Source: Savitreella phatthalungensis (Eukaryota). From it: a DNA stretch of 64,000 nt. The notes beneath the pieces are model-generated. The model made no database searches. It saw nothing but the letters and a program-made list of their open reading frames with translations, and was not told where the DNA came from. Of the stretch, positions 10,200 through 20,950 are shown piece by piece (the stretch's first letter is position 1; each line of letters opens with the position of its first letter). The translations under genes and the position numbers were made by a program. The DNA is taken from NCBI GenBank assembly GCA_051599415.1, contig AP039689.1, forward strand, positions 372,001 through 436,000. The letters are read 5' to 3'.

Positions 10200-13100
10200 T
10201 CACACGTCGTCGAGGACTTGTGCGAGGATGAAGACATTGGCCGCGAAGAAGCAAATAGTGGCGATCCACATTTGCTGGAAGACTTGCTGACCTAGCATTT
10301 CAAACTTGTACGCGTAGCTGAGCCACAATCCTTGACCACCGACCCAAAGCGCAAGGCACATCAGCGGCCGCCAGTACCAAAGCCCTCGTGACTTAAGCCC
10401 AAGCAGCTGAGATCCCGGTAGCCAGAGAGGGATGAAAACCAGGTACCAGAGGAAGTACTGCGACGTGACAACTTTGTTGAAAGTCACAAAAGCGAATGTC
10501 TGAGCGAAAAAGCAGGTCGTCGTGGCGTGCCGGGCGTCCGACTGCGGATTGTTCCACAAGAATGTGAGCGGGATGATCACCAGTGTCAGCAGGAGTTGCG
10601 GTACGAAGGCGACGAGTGAAAGAAAGGAAGAGCCAGTGACAGCGGTGCCTGTGGCAGCTGCTGCGGACGACATGTAGAGCGCGAGATGGTATGGTGAGAA
10701 ATTGTGCCGATGGTCCGTTCGAGAGATGTGGTAGAGGAACGTGTGGCGGATGAAATCGGCACCATACACAGCGTACATGATCAGGGAAAGCACGCCGAAT
10801 GTTCCAGCGCTGACCAGCGCAAACATGATGGATGTGCTCGACACGATCGAGCGCAGTCTACCGCGAGCAAGCGCCAGCAAGATGCTCGGCACGTAGATAA
10901 TTGGGTACACCTTGAAGTGAACTGCCAAACCTGTCCAAAGACCGAGCCAAAAGACTGAAGACTTGGAAGAGAGATTGGCAACCTGATGGACATGTACCTC
11001 GTCGATGTAGTAAAGCATCGCAATTGCCAGAGCTCCCAGGAGACCTTCACAATTGCCGCGAGTAGAAATCACGGCCACCATGGGATTGAGTAACCATGCA
11101 GCAGCCCATTCGATTGGCAGATTGCGACGACGGAGCAGCTTGATCATCAGCCATCCTGCAACTACATCACCGAGGGAGAATACGACCTTACCCCAGTTGG
11201 CATAGAAGCCCGTGGGGATGAGCAGCCAAGCGAGAAGCGGGGTATAGCGATAGGTAGCTCGTTCATAGGGACTGCCGCCGGCTTGAACAAATCTGGCCGC
11301 GTCGCAGAAGACGTCGTAGTCGACATCAGTGAAGCGGACGGCATGGCCCCAGCTATCTTGCCAGTTGCCATAAAGCATAAGCACGAGACGCAGGACGAGG
11401 CCGCCGGCAAGCAGCATGTCGGTCTTGCTCGGAGCATACACGTGCTTGATGACGAGTGACAAACGCTCTGACATGGGAAGCTTGGCGCGCATTGGATAGG
11501 TGCCAGTCTGGCAGAGATGCTTGAGTCGTTGTCCGATGGCAAAGTAGCCGTCTGTCGCGATCTTGATGCCGATCTGAGCCTCGGACGGCAGATCAGCGAT
11601 CGCGCCAGTGCTATGAGCGTGTCTGTCCTTGGCCATTTCAAGCAGATGCAACGCATGCTGGCATAAATTTGTGTCTGTCGTGTCGATGCCTTTCGGATCC
11701 TGCCCGTGCATTGCTCCGAGATCATCGAGATCGCCCGCATTGAGCCATGTTCGTGGCAGATAGATGCGCCCGTTACAGGCATCCGTGACGATATCGCGCG
11801 CAATATTTGTCAGCTGGAGGACAACACCCATTTCTCTAGCAGCCGCGAACGTCTGTTGACTCTGTTGGCCGGGCAGGACGGCAAGACACATCTCTGCAAC
11901 ACTGCTTGCCACATGCTCACAATACTTGAGCAGGTCTTGTTCTGTCTCGATGCGGGACTTTGCCTCATCGATGCGTATATCCCAATCATAGCCGTCCAAG
12001 AGCTCAAGCATGGCTGAACGAGGTACCTTTGGCACGATATAGCGCATGACACTGCGTCTGATTGCGTCATCATCCGCGTGAGCGGCAGACAGTGCTGGTG
12101 TCTTGCCTGATGGTGTATCAGAGAAGCGCTGCTGAACAAATTTCCTGAGCTGCTGCAATCTGGCTCTTCTTACTGTCGACCTGACTTCTGTGCTGTCAGC
12201 GATGTCGTCACTAGCACGGCAGAAAGCATATAGCACAATGAGATCGCGTCGAATACCCTCGTTGAAGAAGAAGGAAGAGCTGTAGAAGCTGGAGGAGCTG
12301 CTCTGGAGCAGTTCGACACATTCGGACAAATCCTCGACGACCGAATCGTCCCGCTTGAGCAGCAGCGCTCTGCAAAGTGAGGCGAATGAGAACCCGACGC
12401 TCTCATCGTATGTGTAGACGATAGATGCTGCAAGATCGTAGCCTGAGCAACCGAGGACGACCATGATATTGGTAACGAGGAAGAATACAGCTTCCTCGAG
12501 CGGAAGACCGCGCGTGAGGAAGATTTCCAGTGAAGTGGCTTCAGTGATATGCCAAGTCCCGGCGACGATGGCGATCGAGTCGACCCAGCAGAGATATAGC
12601 GTGGGGACAACGATGGAAACGACGACTGTGGGCATTCTGCCAGAAAGGAATGCCGTCTGGATGGCAGAGATGAAGAAGAGGAAGAACATGACGGGACTAA
12701 CCCAAGAGATAATCGCCCCGAGATAGAATGTCTTTTCATTCGGAATGACTCGTGTGAATGCGAATGCCCCGAGCGCTGGCATGGTCAACCAGATAGCGCC
12801 TAGAAGCCATGGTACACCTGTATGCCGTCGCAGACTGAGGATTGGCAGCTCGGCGAAGCAGCGAGTAGTCAGAGAATAGAACAGACATGCGGTCAAAGTC
12901 TGCGTTACGAAGAAGACGTATTCCTCCACGGGAACGTAGCCGATCACACCCATGACACAGGTGGGACAATACGTCCATGCTTTGTGAAAGATGATGTAGT
13001 TGTCCCATGGAGTGGTGTACAGCACGGCGATCGTACATAGGAACAGATATTTCCGAAGATCGTCCCGAGTGAAAAATGGTCTGTAGAGCAGGCCCAGGAG

Positions 13101-13206
13101 TATTAGCGGCGGCAAATTGTAGAAGATATGTCTTTTGAGGAGGACGTCAGCGCTGCCTCTCGGAGGCTAAAAAGGGCTCTGCTTACACTTGGAGATACGT
13201 CAGCAT
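10200..13206 (-). CDS. Fusion: bifunctional lycopene cyclase/phytoene synthase (CrtYB/CarRA/Al-2) + GPI mannosyltransferase I (Gpi14/PIG-M); exons 13206-13187 and 13131-10200
   Basis: Exon 1 MLTYLQV, intron 13132-13186 (GTAAGC..CTGAC..AAG), then HIFYNLPP. Cyclase motifs YTTPWDNYII, VPVEEYVFF, PTLYLCWVD, LPLEEAVFF. Phytoene synthase motifs LYAFCRASDDIAD, LQLTNIARDIVTD..GRIYLP. PIG-M motifs FTDVDYDVF, SPYERATYRYTPLL, NPMVAVISTRGN, HFKVYPIIY, RTDHRHNFSPY, FVTFNKVVTSQYFLWY. No stop between the domains. Confidence 0.92.
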
Positions 13207-13666
13207 GATAGCACCGTTACTGCAGACTCGTGATGATAAGACAGGCTAGCACATGGTCTATGAGTGCTCCAGACAGCTCATAATGAAACCTGTTGCTGTT
13301 GATGACATGTGCCCAGCATGATGAAGAGCCGTACTGTTGTGTTATAGGCCGCGGTTAAAAGCTGTCAAAATTTGCCGATGACAATTCATTAGAGCAGTCG
13401 AATGCAATTGGAGGCCGGATGGCTGGCGGGACGTGGGCAAATCCTGGACGAGCACGGACGTAGCTGTTCCACCTCTCGAACACAGGAAGCAGGTCGAAAC
13501 TCACTCGTAATCGATGAGCTCAAGGTTCGCCATCAGACCTGCATTGAAGCTGTCACAATGACTTGGAGATATCGAGACTACCTTTCTTCGTTATACTACA
13601 TGGATGTTCTCTAATTAGATCCTTTGGGCCCTCGTGGTGGCATTCTAGTAGACGTTTAGTTCATGT

Positions 13667-14233
13667 CTATGCAGCCGTGCTGGGGGCTGCAGCATCAGCA
13701 TCAGTAGTAGTAGCAGCAGTCTTTGAAGTCTCTGCTTGACCGTCCACCTCGGTCTGTGTTGTCTCGCGCAAAGCCTGATCTTCTGCCTCGATCATCTGCT
13801 GCATTTGGCGAGTAAACAGGATTTCTGCACGGAGTTCCTCACCACGCAGTCCAAGTGTCTTCTGGATGCCTTTAGATTCTGCTGTAAGATATTCGTCCAG
13901 GCCGCCGTACTTCTTGATCGTTCGCATGACTCGAGTAGCGATGCGAATCCGGATTGGACGCTGGAGCGTCTTCGAATAGAGTGTATGCGGATGAACATTC
14001 GGCAAGAAACGTCGACGGGTTTTCACCTTCGATTCTGCAACACTGTTGCCGAATTGAATATGTGCTCCTCCATAAAGACCGGTCTGCTGACGACCGTATG
14101 TGTGTGCTAATCGAGAAGGCGTGAAGCTACATGTCTGTGTCTGTACCTGTGTACTCGTGTTCCCACCAGTGAGTGCAGAACATGTTCGCCTTGCCCCTGC
14201 AGAAAGCGATCTCAAAGCGTCTCCAAAGATCAT
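13667..14233 (-). CDS. MRPL24: Mitochondrial ribosomal protein bL28m (Mrpl24)
   Basis: GLYGGAHIQFGNSVAESKVKTRRRFLPNV...MRTIKKYGGLDEYL; Arg/Ser-rich presequence-like N-terminus. Confidence 0.9.
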   Translation of the reverse strand: MIFGDALRSLSAGARRTCSALTGGNTSTQVQTQTCSFTPSRLAHTYGRQQTGLYGGAHIQFGNSVAESKVKTRRRFLPNVHPHTLYSKTLQRPIRIRIATRVMRTIKKYGGLDEYLTAESKGIQKTLGLRGEELRAEILFTRQMQQMIEAEDQALRETTQTEVDGQAETSKTAATTTDADAAAPSTAA

Positions 14234-14580
14234 GCTGGGCTATACCGAGGACAATAACAGCGATGAGCCGTGGTCGCGCGAGCAATGAAGCCTCGAGTAC
14301 GTATGAAGGCTATGAGATTGTCGTTTCGTATTCTTTCACTCGTTGCATATCCGATATGGGCTCGGCTCTGTGCATTTAGCACATTCAAAGATTTCTGAGT
14401 ATGCACGTACGTAGGGTTGTCCGTACTTTGTCAATTTTGCAGGACGGCAGTTTTACTCTCCAATGCATGGCAAACACATTCTGATGGCTGCCCATGAGAC
14501 AACAAGTAGAGAGTTTGTCATCGAAGCGTCATCGATAGCCGGCTGTAATTCGGCCTTGTGGGCAGGGCAAACGAATCGAG

Positions 14581-14907
14581 ATGCCAACGACTACCTTGAG
14601 AAGTGCGGACTCTGCCTTCGTTAAAGTAGCTTTTACCCAGACTGAGGCTGACGGAGAGGTGGATCTACTGACCGCCCGCCATTTCGTCACAGACGCCTTA
14701 GCAGCTAATCATGGTGTCATGGGCTCTTCGGTCAATATAGATCTGCTCAGTCTGACGCGCGTAGATCCAACGACCTATGCAGCCGTCTTTCGTTGTAGCC
14801 TGAGGGACCTCGCCATCGTTCGAGACGCATTGGCATCTCGCACGGACAAGAGCAAAAGACTGCATTCTCGCGTGCTCTCGGCCGCGCACTACCTCTCGGC
14901 CTTGTGA
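14581..14907 (+). CDS. POP8: RNase P/MRP subunit Pop8-like
   Basis: 108 aa; DLLTARHFVTDAL...GVMGSSVNIDLL...FR..RDLAIVRDAL pattern resembles fungal Pop8. Confidence 0.6.
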   Translation: MPTTTLRSADSAFVKVAFTQTEADGEVDLLTARHFVTDALAANHGVMGSSVNIDLLSLTRVDPTTYAAVFRCSLRDLAIVRDALASRTDKSKRLHSRVLSAAHYLSAL

Positions 14908-15106
14908 TTAGGCTCCCCAGCGGAAATTTGAAAGCTGGATTGTACAGTACATACAGTCGACGCCTACATTATGGCGAGAAGCGAATGACGTTGGACACGA
15001 ATGAAGGAACCAGACCAAACGAATGACGGATGAATCACACAATGGCGTATAGAACATGAAGAATAAGAGGATCTTATGTACAGCATATAGCCTTTGGATG
15101 AGCCAA

Positions 15107-15604
15107 TCACGAGTGGAAAGTGCCAGGTGCAAGGCTCATTCGAGCTTTCCGACCTACTGCTTCCATCTGGATCCGGTTGAGGGAGTATTGTAAACGCTCT
15201 TTCTTGCGGCGCAGGACTCTAAATTGCTCAGCAAGCGCAGGATCCTCCTCATCTGCATCTTCATCGGCCTGGACAGGTGCTGTATGTGCGGCGGACGGGC
15301 GCTGCTGGAGTCTGACTGCCTGGAGATCCCGCTTCGATTGTAGACTGTATTCGATTCTTTCAAGCTGCGCAAGCGCCTTGTTAGCCCGATTCACGAGCTC
15401 TTCACGTTGAGGGCCAATCTCATCCTGCAGGTCGCGCTGTGCGTCAAGGACTTCTGCTTCTGGGATGAGTTCAAAGTGCCGTGTATTTTGAAGGACTTGA
15501 CAAAGTCGAGGAAAGTCGGAAATCCCTTGATTGAGAGTCGCCAAAGATGAATTGAGGATCTGACATGATGCTGAAAGCGATTGAACGCATCCTGACAGAG
15601 ACAT
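15107..15604 (-). CDS. SPC19: DASH/Dam1 complex subunit Spc19
   Basis: LSGCVQSL..S...L..S...L..GISDFPRL..VLQNTRHFELIPE; C-terminal KKERLQYSLNR. Confidence 0.9.
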   Translation of the reverse strand: MSLSGCVQSLSASCQILNSSLATLNQGISDFPRLCQVLQNTRHFELIPEAEVLDAQRDLQDEIGPQREELVNRANKALAQLERIEYSLQSKRDLQAVRLQQRPSAAHTAPVQADEDADEEDPALAEQFRVLRRKKERLQYSLNRIQMEAVGRKARMSLAPGTFHS

Positions 15605-15960
15605 AATGGTGTGTACTCACCGAATGGCTTGTTCTCAAGGGTGCTTGTTTATGTGTTAATGTTATTTTGGCGTCATGCGCTGACAGTCGTGGATTACTGT
15701 ATTCGATCGTGAATTGATTGAGACCAAGTCAGACAATTGTGACATGCATGACTTCGAAATAGGCGCGCGTAACAAAATAGTACTCGCCAGATCTGATTGA
15801 ATGCACGATCCATTTAGCACACAACATATGCAGCTCATGTAGTCAGCCCGCAGGCAATGATGACGTCGATGTAGATTGACCTGCAGAGGCACTAGTCCTT
15901 GAGCAGCTTACCTATAGAAACAAATATCGCAGTCAAGGTCTATCACAATCACATTCACAA

Positions 15961-16773
15961 ATGACTGGCGTCGGACATGTGCTCTGCTCGCCCGGCTCAT
16001 CAGGGATATCGCTTGCATTGGCGAGGCACTTCCTGCGTCATACAGATCTGCACCTGTTTGCAACTTCACGGCCAAAGACATCAAAGGATGAGGTACTCGA
16101 GAGGCTTTTGTGCTCGGAAGGTGAACAGTCAGAAGTCAGCGATTCTTCTAGAGTCACCATACTTGAGCTAGACTTCACAGAAGAAGGATCTGTTGGACAG
16201 GCAGCTAAGGATATCAAAGCAAAGTTCGGAGACAAGGACTACCTTCGCCTGGTCACAATCACGCCTGGAGTGCTTATCAAGCCGGAAAAAGCGCCTGCGC
16301 AGATCGACTACGATGACGCACTGCAGACCTTCAAGATAAACACACTTGGGCCCATGCTCGCCATGAAGCATTTTGCAGATCTTCTGCCGCCACGAAAAAG
16401 CGAGCTTCCTCATGTAGAAGGTCTACCAGACGGTTTGGCTGTATGGGCGACCATGTCTGCGCGTGTCGGCTCTATTGGGGATAACCGCCTCGGTGGATGG
16501 TATGCATACCGCGCAAGTAAGGCTGGCGTCAACCAGCTCACTAAGACATTTGACAACCATCTTCAGCAGCAAAAACGGCCGTGCATAGCAATCGCACTTC
16601 ACCCTGGAACTGTCAAGACACACCTGTCTCGAGACTTCTGGGGAACAACTCCAAAGGAAAAGCTTTTCACACCGCAGTATTCAGCTAGCAAGCTTGCCGG
16701 GGTGATACAAGCCTTGACGACGGAGAGTAGGGGTAAGCTATTTGATTGGAAGGGCGAGCAAGTTCCTCCCTGA
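15961..16773 (+). CDS. Short-chain dehydrogenase/reductase (CsgA/C-factor-like)
   Basis: PGSSGIS Rossmann motif, INTLGP, SARVGSIGDNRLGGWYAYRASKA (YxxxK), LHPGTVKT. Confidence 0.88.
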   Translation: MTGVGHVLCSPGSSGISLALARHFLRHTDLHLFATSRPKTSKDEVLERLLCSEGEQSEVSDSSRVTILELDFTEEGSVGQAAKDIKAKFGDKDYLRLVTITPGVLIKPEKAPAQIDYDDALQTFKINTLGPMLAMKHFADLLPPRKSELPHVEGLPDGLAVWATMSARVGSIGDNRLGGWYAYRASKAGVNQLTKTFDNHLQQQKRPCIAIALHPGTVKTHLSRDFWGTTPKEKLFTPQYSASKLAGVIQALTTESRGKLFDWKGEQVPP

Positions 16774-16883
16774 GCAGCGAGCAGGTCGATGTATAGGCTT
16801 TAAGTAATTAGAGAGGTTAACGGGCAATGCGGATCGTCATGAGGCTGTACAGAGGGCTAGTTGTATATGAGGTGGCATCAGTC

Positions 16884-17181
16884 TCATAGTCCAAGAGCTG
16901 CGCCGCCACCAGGCACGAGCATGACTATTCCATTGCCGTTGAGTAACAGCTCTGAATGCGTGCCAATCTGCTTCGCATTCGCAAATTCAGCAACATCGCG
17001 CAATACGACGTTGACGTAGTCGTCGAAACCTACCAGCGTGCCAACAAACTCCTGGTGACCCTTCATCACAATGTGAATTTTGCTGTCAATGCACTTGTCG
17101 ACAAGCCTGAACGGTCAGCAGATCTGTCAATTTCCAACAAGTCGATGACATGACTCACTCGAGCGGCAGTACTGATGTCAT
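16884..17181 (-). CDS. LSM5: U6 snRNA-associated Sm-like protein Lsm5 (exons 17181-17159, 17106-16884)
   Basis: [43 protein letters not shown]...[15 protein letters not shown]; intron 17107-17158 GTGAGT..CTGAC..CAG. Confidence 0.93.
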
Positions 17182-17487
17182 ATTGCCCCAATGGCTGCTC
17201 AAGACGTGCTCTGGAACGTGCTAGTTCTGCACGTTAATGAAGTGCGGTTTGCGCGTGCTGTTTAACCTGGTAGGAATCGTGATTCTCACTGCCCAGACGA
17301 AGACACCAGATTTCGATGCAAACCCATGATCAAATATCCGTACCCGACTAGGACAACTTACAATACGGCTCCGCAGAATCCAGGCAGCCGCGTACGTCTC
17401 ATCGCTAACATCAAGTTGTTTGTCGTGATCCCCCCTTCTAGGTCGCGTGCACGCTCTCTCCGGCTCGAGGACTGGCGACATGCGGCT

Positions 17488-18750
17488 ATGGATGATGAAC
17501 AAGGAGCAGAGGAATTTGACTTTGATCTCGAGCTGACGGAGAGCGAGTACGACTTCGGGAGGTTAGATGCACTCGACTCGGACAACGACGATGATGTGCA
17601 AGCCCAGGCGAAAGACGATTACGATCCGGATGACACGCTCGATCCTTTTACAGCAGCGCAGTTAGAGGAAGCAAAAGAGCAAAGAGCTCAAGGACGAGGT
17701 TCAGACGATCTGCAGAACGATCGAAGTTTCCAAGACGATGCTGATACTTTCACACAACGTCTGCTGACGAATGCGCGGACGCTCAAGCAACTGCGACCTG
17801 ATGGGCCAAAAGTCGAGCTCGAGCTGGATGAATCGCGGGAAGGGGTTCCAGGGAATAATTCAGCGGGTGGTCGGCCTGCATTGGAAAGAACGGCACGACA
17901 ATCCTTTAGCGAGCGATATCGTGAGCTCTCCCAAGAACATGCCATTAACCAGCTTCCGTCGTTCTCGGACTATCACCCAAGCCAAACGACGCCACTGAAA
18001 AAGCCTGTCAATCAGTTCTCACAGGTGTATATGGGCGTTGACAAGCAGATATTTCAGACCTGTCGCTACCTCGGCCCTGACGAAGAGGTAGTCGGAAAAC
18101 ACGAGGTCTTCCCAGCACGACTACTCCAGCCGCTGTCCTATGAAATCTTCAGACGCGTGCTTGACAGGACACGCAGATATCGTTTCGACGAAGATGAAGT
18201 AAGAAGTAGTTCGGGCCGGGCGATGGCTATGGATCCGACCTGCCTGTACAAGCTCTCGAGAGGAGTCGACGCCTCTGGACCGCCGGTATTCGAAGTCACG
18301 AGTCGCCACGGTGCAAATCTCCTTCTGGTGGACGAACATGAAGAGCCCTGCGAGATCGTGGCAACCTTACTCGCTCAGCAGGATGGACCACATTCAACGG
18401 ATGACTGGGAGACGCTGACAGGTGTGCAACTGCTCGACTTTCACTTCGACTACGCTTGTTTGCAAGAGACCTTGGATCTACAGCAACAGCAGCGACAGGG
18501 ACAATCGCCGGCTCGGCGCACGTTTAGCCAAGCGTCAATCCCAGACGCAGACTTGCCATCGCCGCAACTGGTGATCGTCCGTGGTGCGCCTGTGAGCTGG
18601 GACGCATTCGTCCAGCAGAGACAGGCATTCAAAGACTCACGCAGCAAGGCATCCGAAGCTTTCGAAGTCTCTGACAAGCTCACTCGTCACGAAAGCATCT
18701 TACTGGAAGCCGTCGAAGACTTCCCCGTTCAGCTCTCAGACACGTTGTGA
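17488..18750 (+). CDS. Hypothetical protein with acidic N-terminus
   Basis: Long open frame (17326-18750); the likely start is ATG 17488 (MDDEQG). No family recognised. Confidence 0.6.
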   Translation: MDDEQGAEEFDFDLELTESEYDFGRLDALDSDNDDDVQAQAKDDYDPDDTLDPFTAAQLEEAKEQRAQGRGSDDLQNDRSFQDDADTFTQRLLTNARTLKQLRPDGPKVELELDESREGVPGNNSAGGRPALERTARQSFSERYRELSQEHAINQLPSFSDYHPSQTTPLKKPVNQFSQVYMGVDKQIFQTCRYLGPDEEVVGKHEVFPARLLQPLSYEIFRRVLDRTRRYRFDEDEVRSSSGRAMAMDPTCLYKLSRGVDASGPPVFEVTSRHGANLLLVDEHEEPCEIVATLLAQQDGPHSTDDWETLTGVQLLDFHFDYACLQETLDLQQQQRQGQSPARRTFSQASIPDADLPSPQLVIVRGAPVSWDAFVQQRQAFKDSRSKASEAFEVSDKLTRHESILLEAVEDFPVQLSDTL

Positions 18751-18852
18751 CATCTTAGTGCCTATTCTTGATCATGCTGTGTGGAATGCCATTATTGTAC
18801 ATCGTGTCGGTCTGTGAATCTATCCTGCTGCCTCTCGTGCGCCTTGCCGGTA

Positions 18853-19176
18853 CTACTTCCGCTTGCCTTTGGCTGCTCTGCGGCCTTCCCCTTTCTTCGG
18901 TGCTCCCTTACCACGTCTCTTGAGGGCGTCGACGTCGGACAGACGTTGCTCCTCTTCCTGATCGACGAGCTTGAGCTCAGGGAAGAGCTTGTTGACCTCG
19001 GTCAGCTTGACGTGCTGTGCCGGGTAGTAGTCCAGCAGCGCTGGACCTCGTAACCGACGACGCAAAATCTTGTTACCGTTCCTCAGAGCTTCCGGATTCC
19101 ATGTCTCACCAAAAACCCTTGCGGAAAGCTGTTTCAGTGCGCGTTGGCGAAGCGCGAGCGCTGGCGTGTGCGGCAT
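18853..19176 (-). CDS. RSM27: Mitochondrial ribosomal protein mS33 (Rsm27)
   Basis: ARVFGETWNPEALRNGNKILRRRLRGPALLDYYP...KRRGKGAPKK; start at MPHTP (19176). Confidence 0.9.
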   Translation of the reverse strand: MPHTPALALRQRALKQLSARVFGETWNPEALRNGNKILRRRLRGPALLDYYPAQHVKLTEVNKLFPELKLVDQEEEQRLSDVDALKRRGKGAPKKGEGRRAAKGKRK

Positions 19177-19485
19177 CGAGGCTGCGTGCTGTGCTGTGCA
19201 GTGCACAAATGGAGGTGTGTTTTAGATACAATTTACAGTATGTCTTGACGTCTTTTTGCTTGTGCCCGTTTGTGCATCCATGTATATCGATTGGCGTTCA
19301 ATGAATCTGAATCCATGCACAAGCAAGAATGACGCCTCCGGATCACAATCTCTGGTTTGAGCACACAGCAAAGTGCGAGCATATTCTCAACGAGGAGTCT
19401 CATCAGCCTGTGTCTCATCTACATTTGTGCTTGACCTCGTACGACGCTGTAGACTTACACAGACGATCGAGGCAAGTCTCAAGCG

Positions 19486-19835
19486 ATGTCGAATTTCGCC
19501 GTGGAGCTGTGGAACTCGATCTTCACGCCAGGCGTGACTCCGACATTGCTAAAGGCGACTTACGGCTCGTTCGCACTACTCATTTGCACGCTTTCGACAG
19601 TCCTGTTCTTCACGCGTAACGTCCATGTTCTGGCACTGCTGATTCTAAGCTGCGGACTCGTGGCGAGCTTGAGCTGGTAAGATTGTCGATATTGTTTGTT
19701 ATAGAACAGGCTGACTGACACATTCACAGGTTTCTGGCAGAGGTTGATAAAATGAAAGCTGCAGAAGCGGCGCAGAAGGAAGCAGACAGCTCGAAGGGAG
19801 CGTCAGGCGGGAATGAGGCGAAGAAAGATCGGTGA
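19486..19835 (+). CDS. PKR1: V-ATPase assembly factor Pkr1 (exons 19486-19676, 19730-19835)
   Basis: MSNFAVELWNSIFTPGVTPTLLKATYGSF...NVHVLAL...GLVASLSW|FLAEV; intron 19677-19729 GTAAGA..CTGAC..CAG. Confidence 0.9.
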
Positions 19836-20352
19836 CCATGACTTACGCAGGGTTCTGTACTCTGCACTTGCGAGATCCCGCCCACGGGAGGATTCTATGA
19901 TGAATACATGCACCAGACGCTCGATGCAGGCGATGGACGCAATCGATGACCGAGACACCAGCAGAGAGACACTTCATTGCCTCTCTTGTCATTGGGATAC
20001 CTCTAGAAGAATGCATAATTGAGTCAAGCTTCATAATTAGAAGCATGCAACGAATGAACGATTTAAATTCTCTTATAATTACTAGGAAAGCACGGCAGAC
20101 ATTGGTTACCGCCTTTGTGCTTTGAGGGAAAGCTTTTGAATCTGTAATTCGTGCATCCGCATGCAACCTTTTTACTGAGCAGGGCCGAATGAGGGAGGAT
20201 TGAGTCCGACTGACCCATCGAACCAACACAGGGCGCGACACAACCCGAACGGAAACTCTTGACTGTCTGCACAAGCCTCATCGTCAGCGAGCGGAGAGCG
20301 CACAAAAGTAGACTTCATTACCAGACATACATCTCCTATACACTTATATACG

Positions 20353-20730
20353 ATGGCTATCGCTCCGATTACAGGTAAGTCCCCTTGAGTCTTCTTCTCC
20401 CGTGTCTGCGCAAAAATGTCGACGAACGACCGCAACGGACAATTTGCTCTGTGCGCCGGCCGACTCTGTGGCCGCTCGGCATGCGATGGCACCCAGCGAA
20501 ACAGTCGAGCAATCGAGGGGGAAATAAGGATGACGATCACTGACTCGGATTTTCTTCATGTAGGCAAGCTTCGTAAACAGTTGATTGTCGACCTGTCGGT
20601 CGCTTTCGGACTCGGCATCACGGGCGGATACGCGTGGTGGTTCGGTTACCATGTGCCTGCAGTGCGCCGTCGTGACGCTTTCTACGCCAAGCTCGAGCAG
20701 GAAGGTTCTGGTGGCTACGGACAGGCATAA
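20353..20730 (+). CDS. COX9: Cytochrome c oxidase subunit 9/VIIa (exons 20353-20374, 20564-20730)
   Basis: MAIAPITG|KLRKQLIVDLSVAFGLGITGGYAWWFGYHVPAVRRRDAFYAKLE; 189-nt intron 20375-20563 GTAAGT..CTGAC..TAG. Confidence 0.92.
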
Positions 20731-20950
20731 GGCGAGTCAACTCTAATAAGGCTTTCCACCCCGACTAAGTGCGATGATGGTGATAATCATGCTTCGTACA
20801 TGTTCCACACCGTCTACCACATAAATATCCTTCAGGTTCAGAAGCACTACTTTGCAAACAAATGCATTCATCGCTCGCTTCGCTCTATACATTGTCAGGA
20901 AGGATTTCGTTGTTTATCTCAGTGTAACAGCTTGCCGGGAGAAAGAGGAC

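Noticed and set aside
20085..20125. Small hairpin AAAGCAC-GGC...GCC-GTGCTTT upstream of COX9
   Set aside because: Single short stem with no other ncRNA hallmark.
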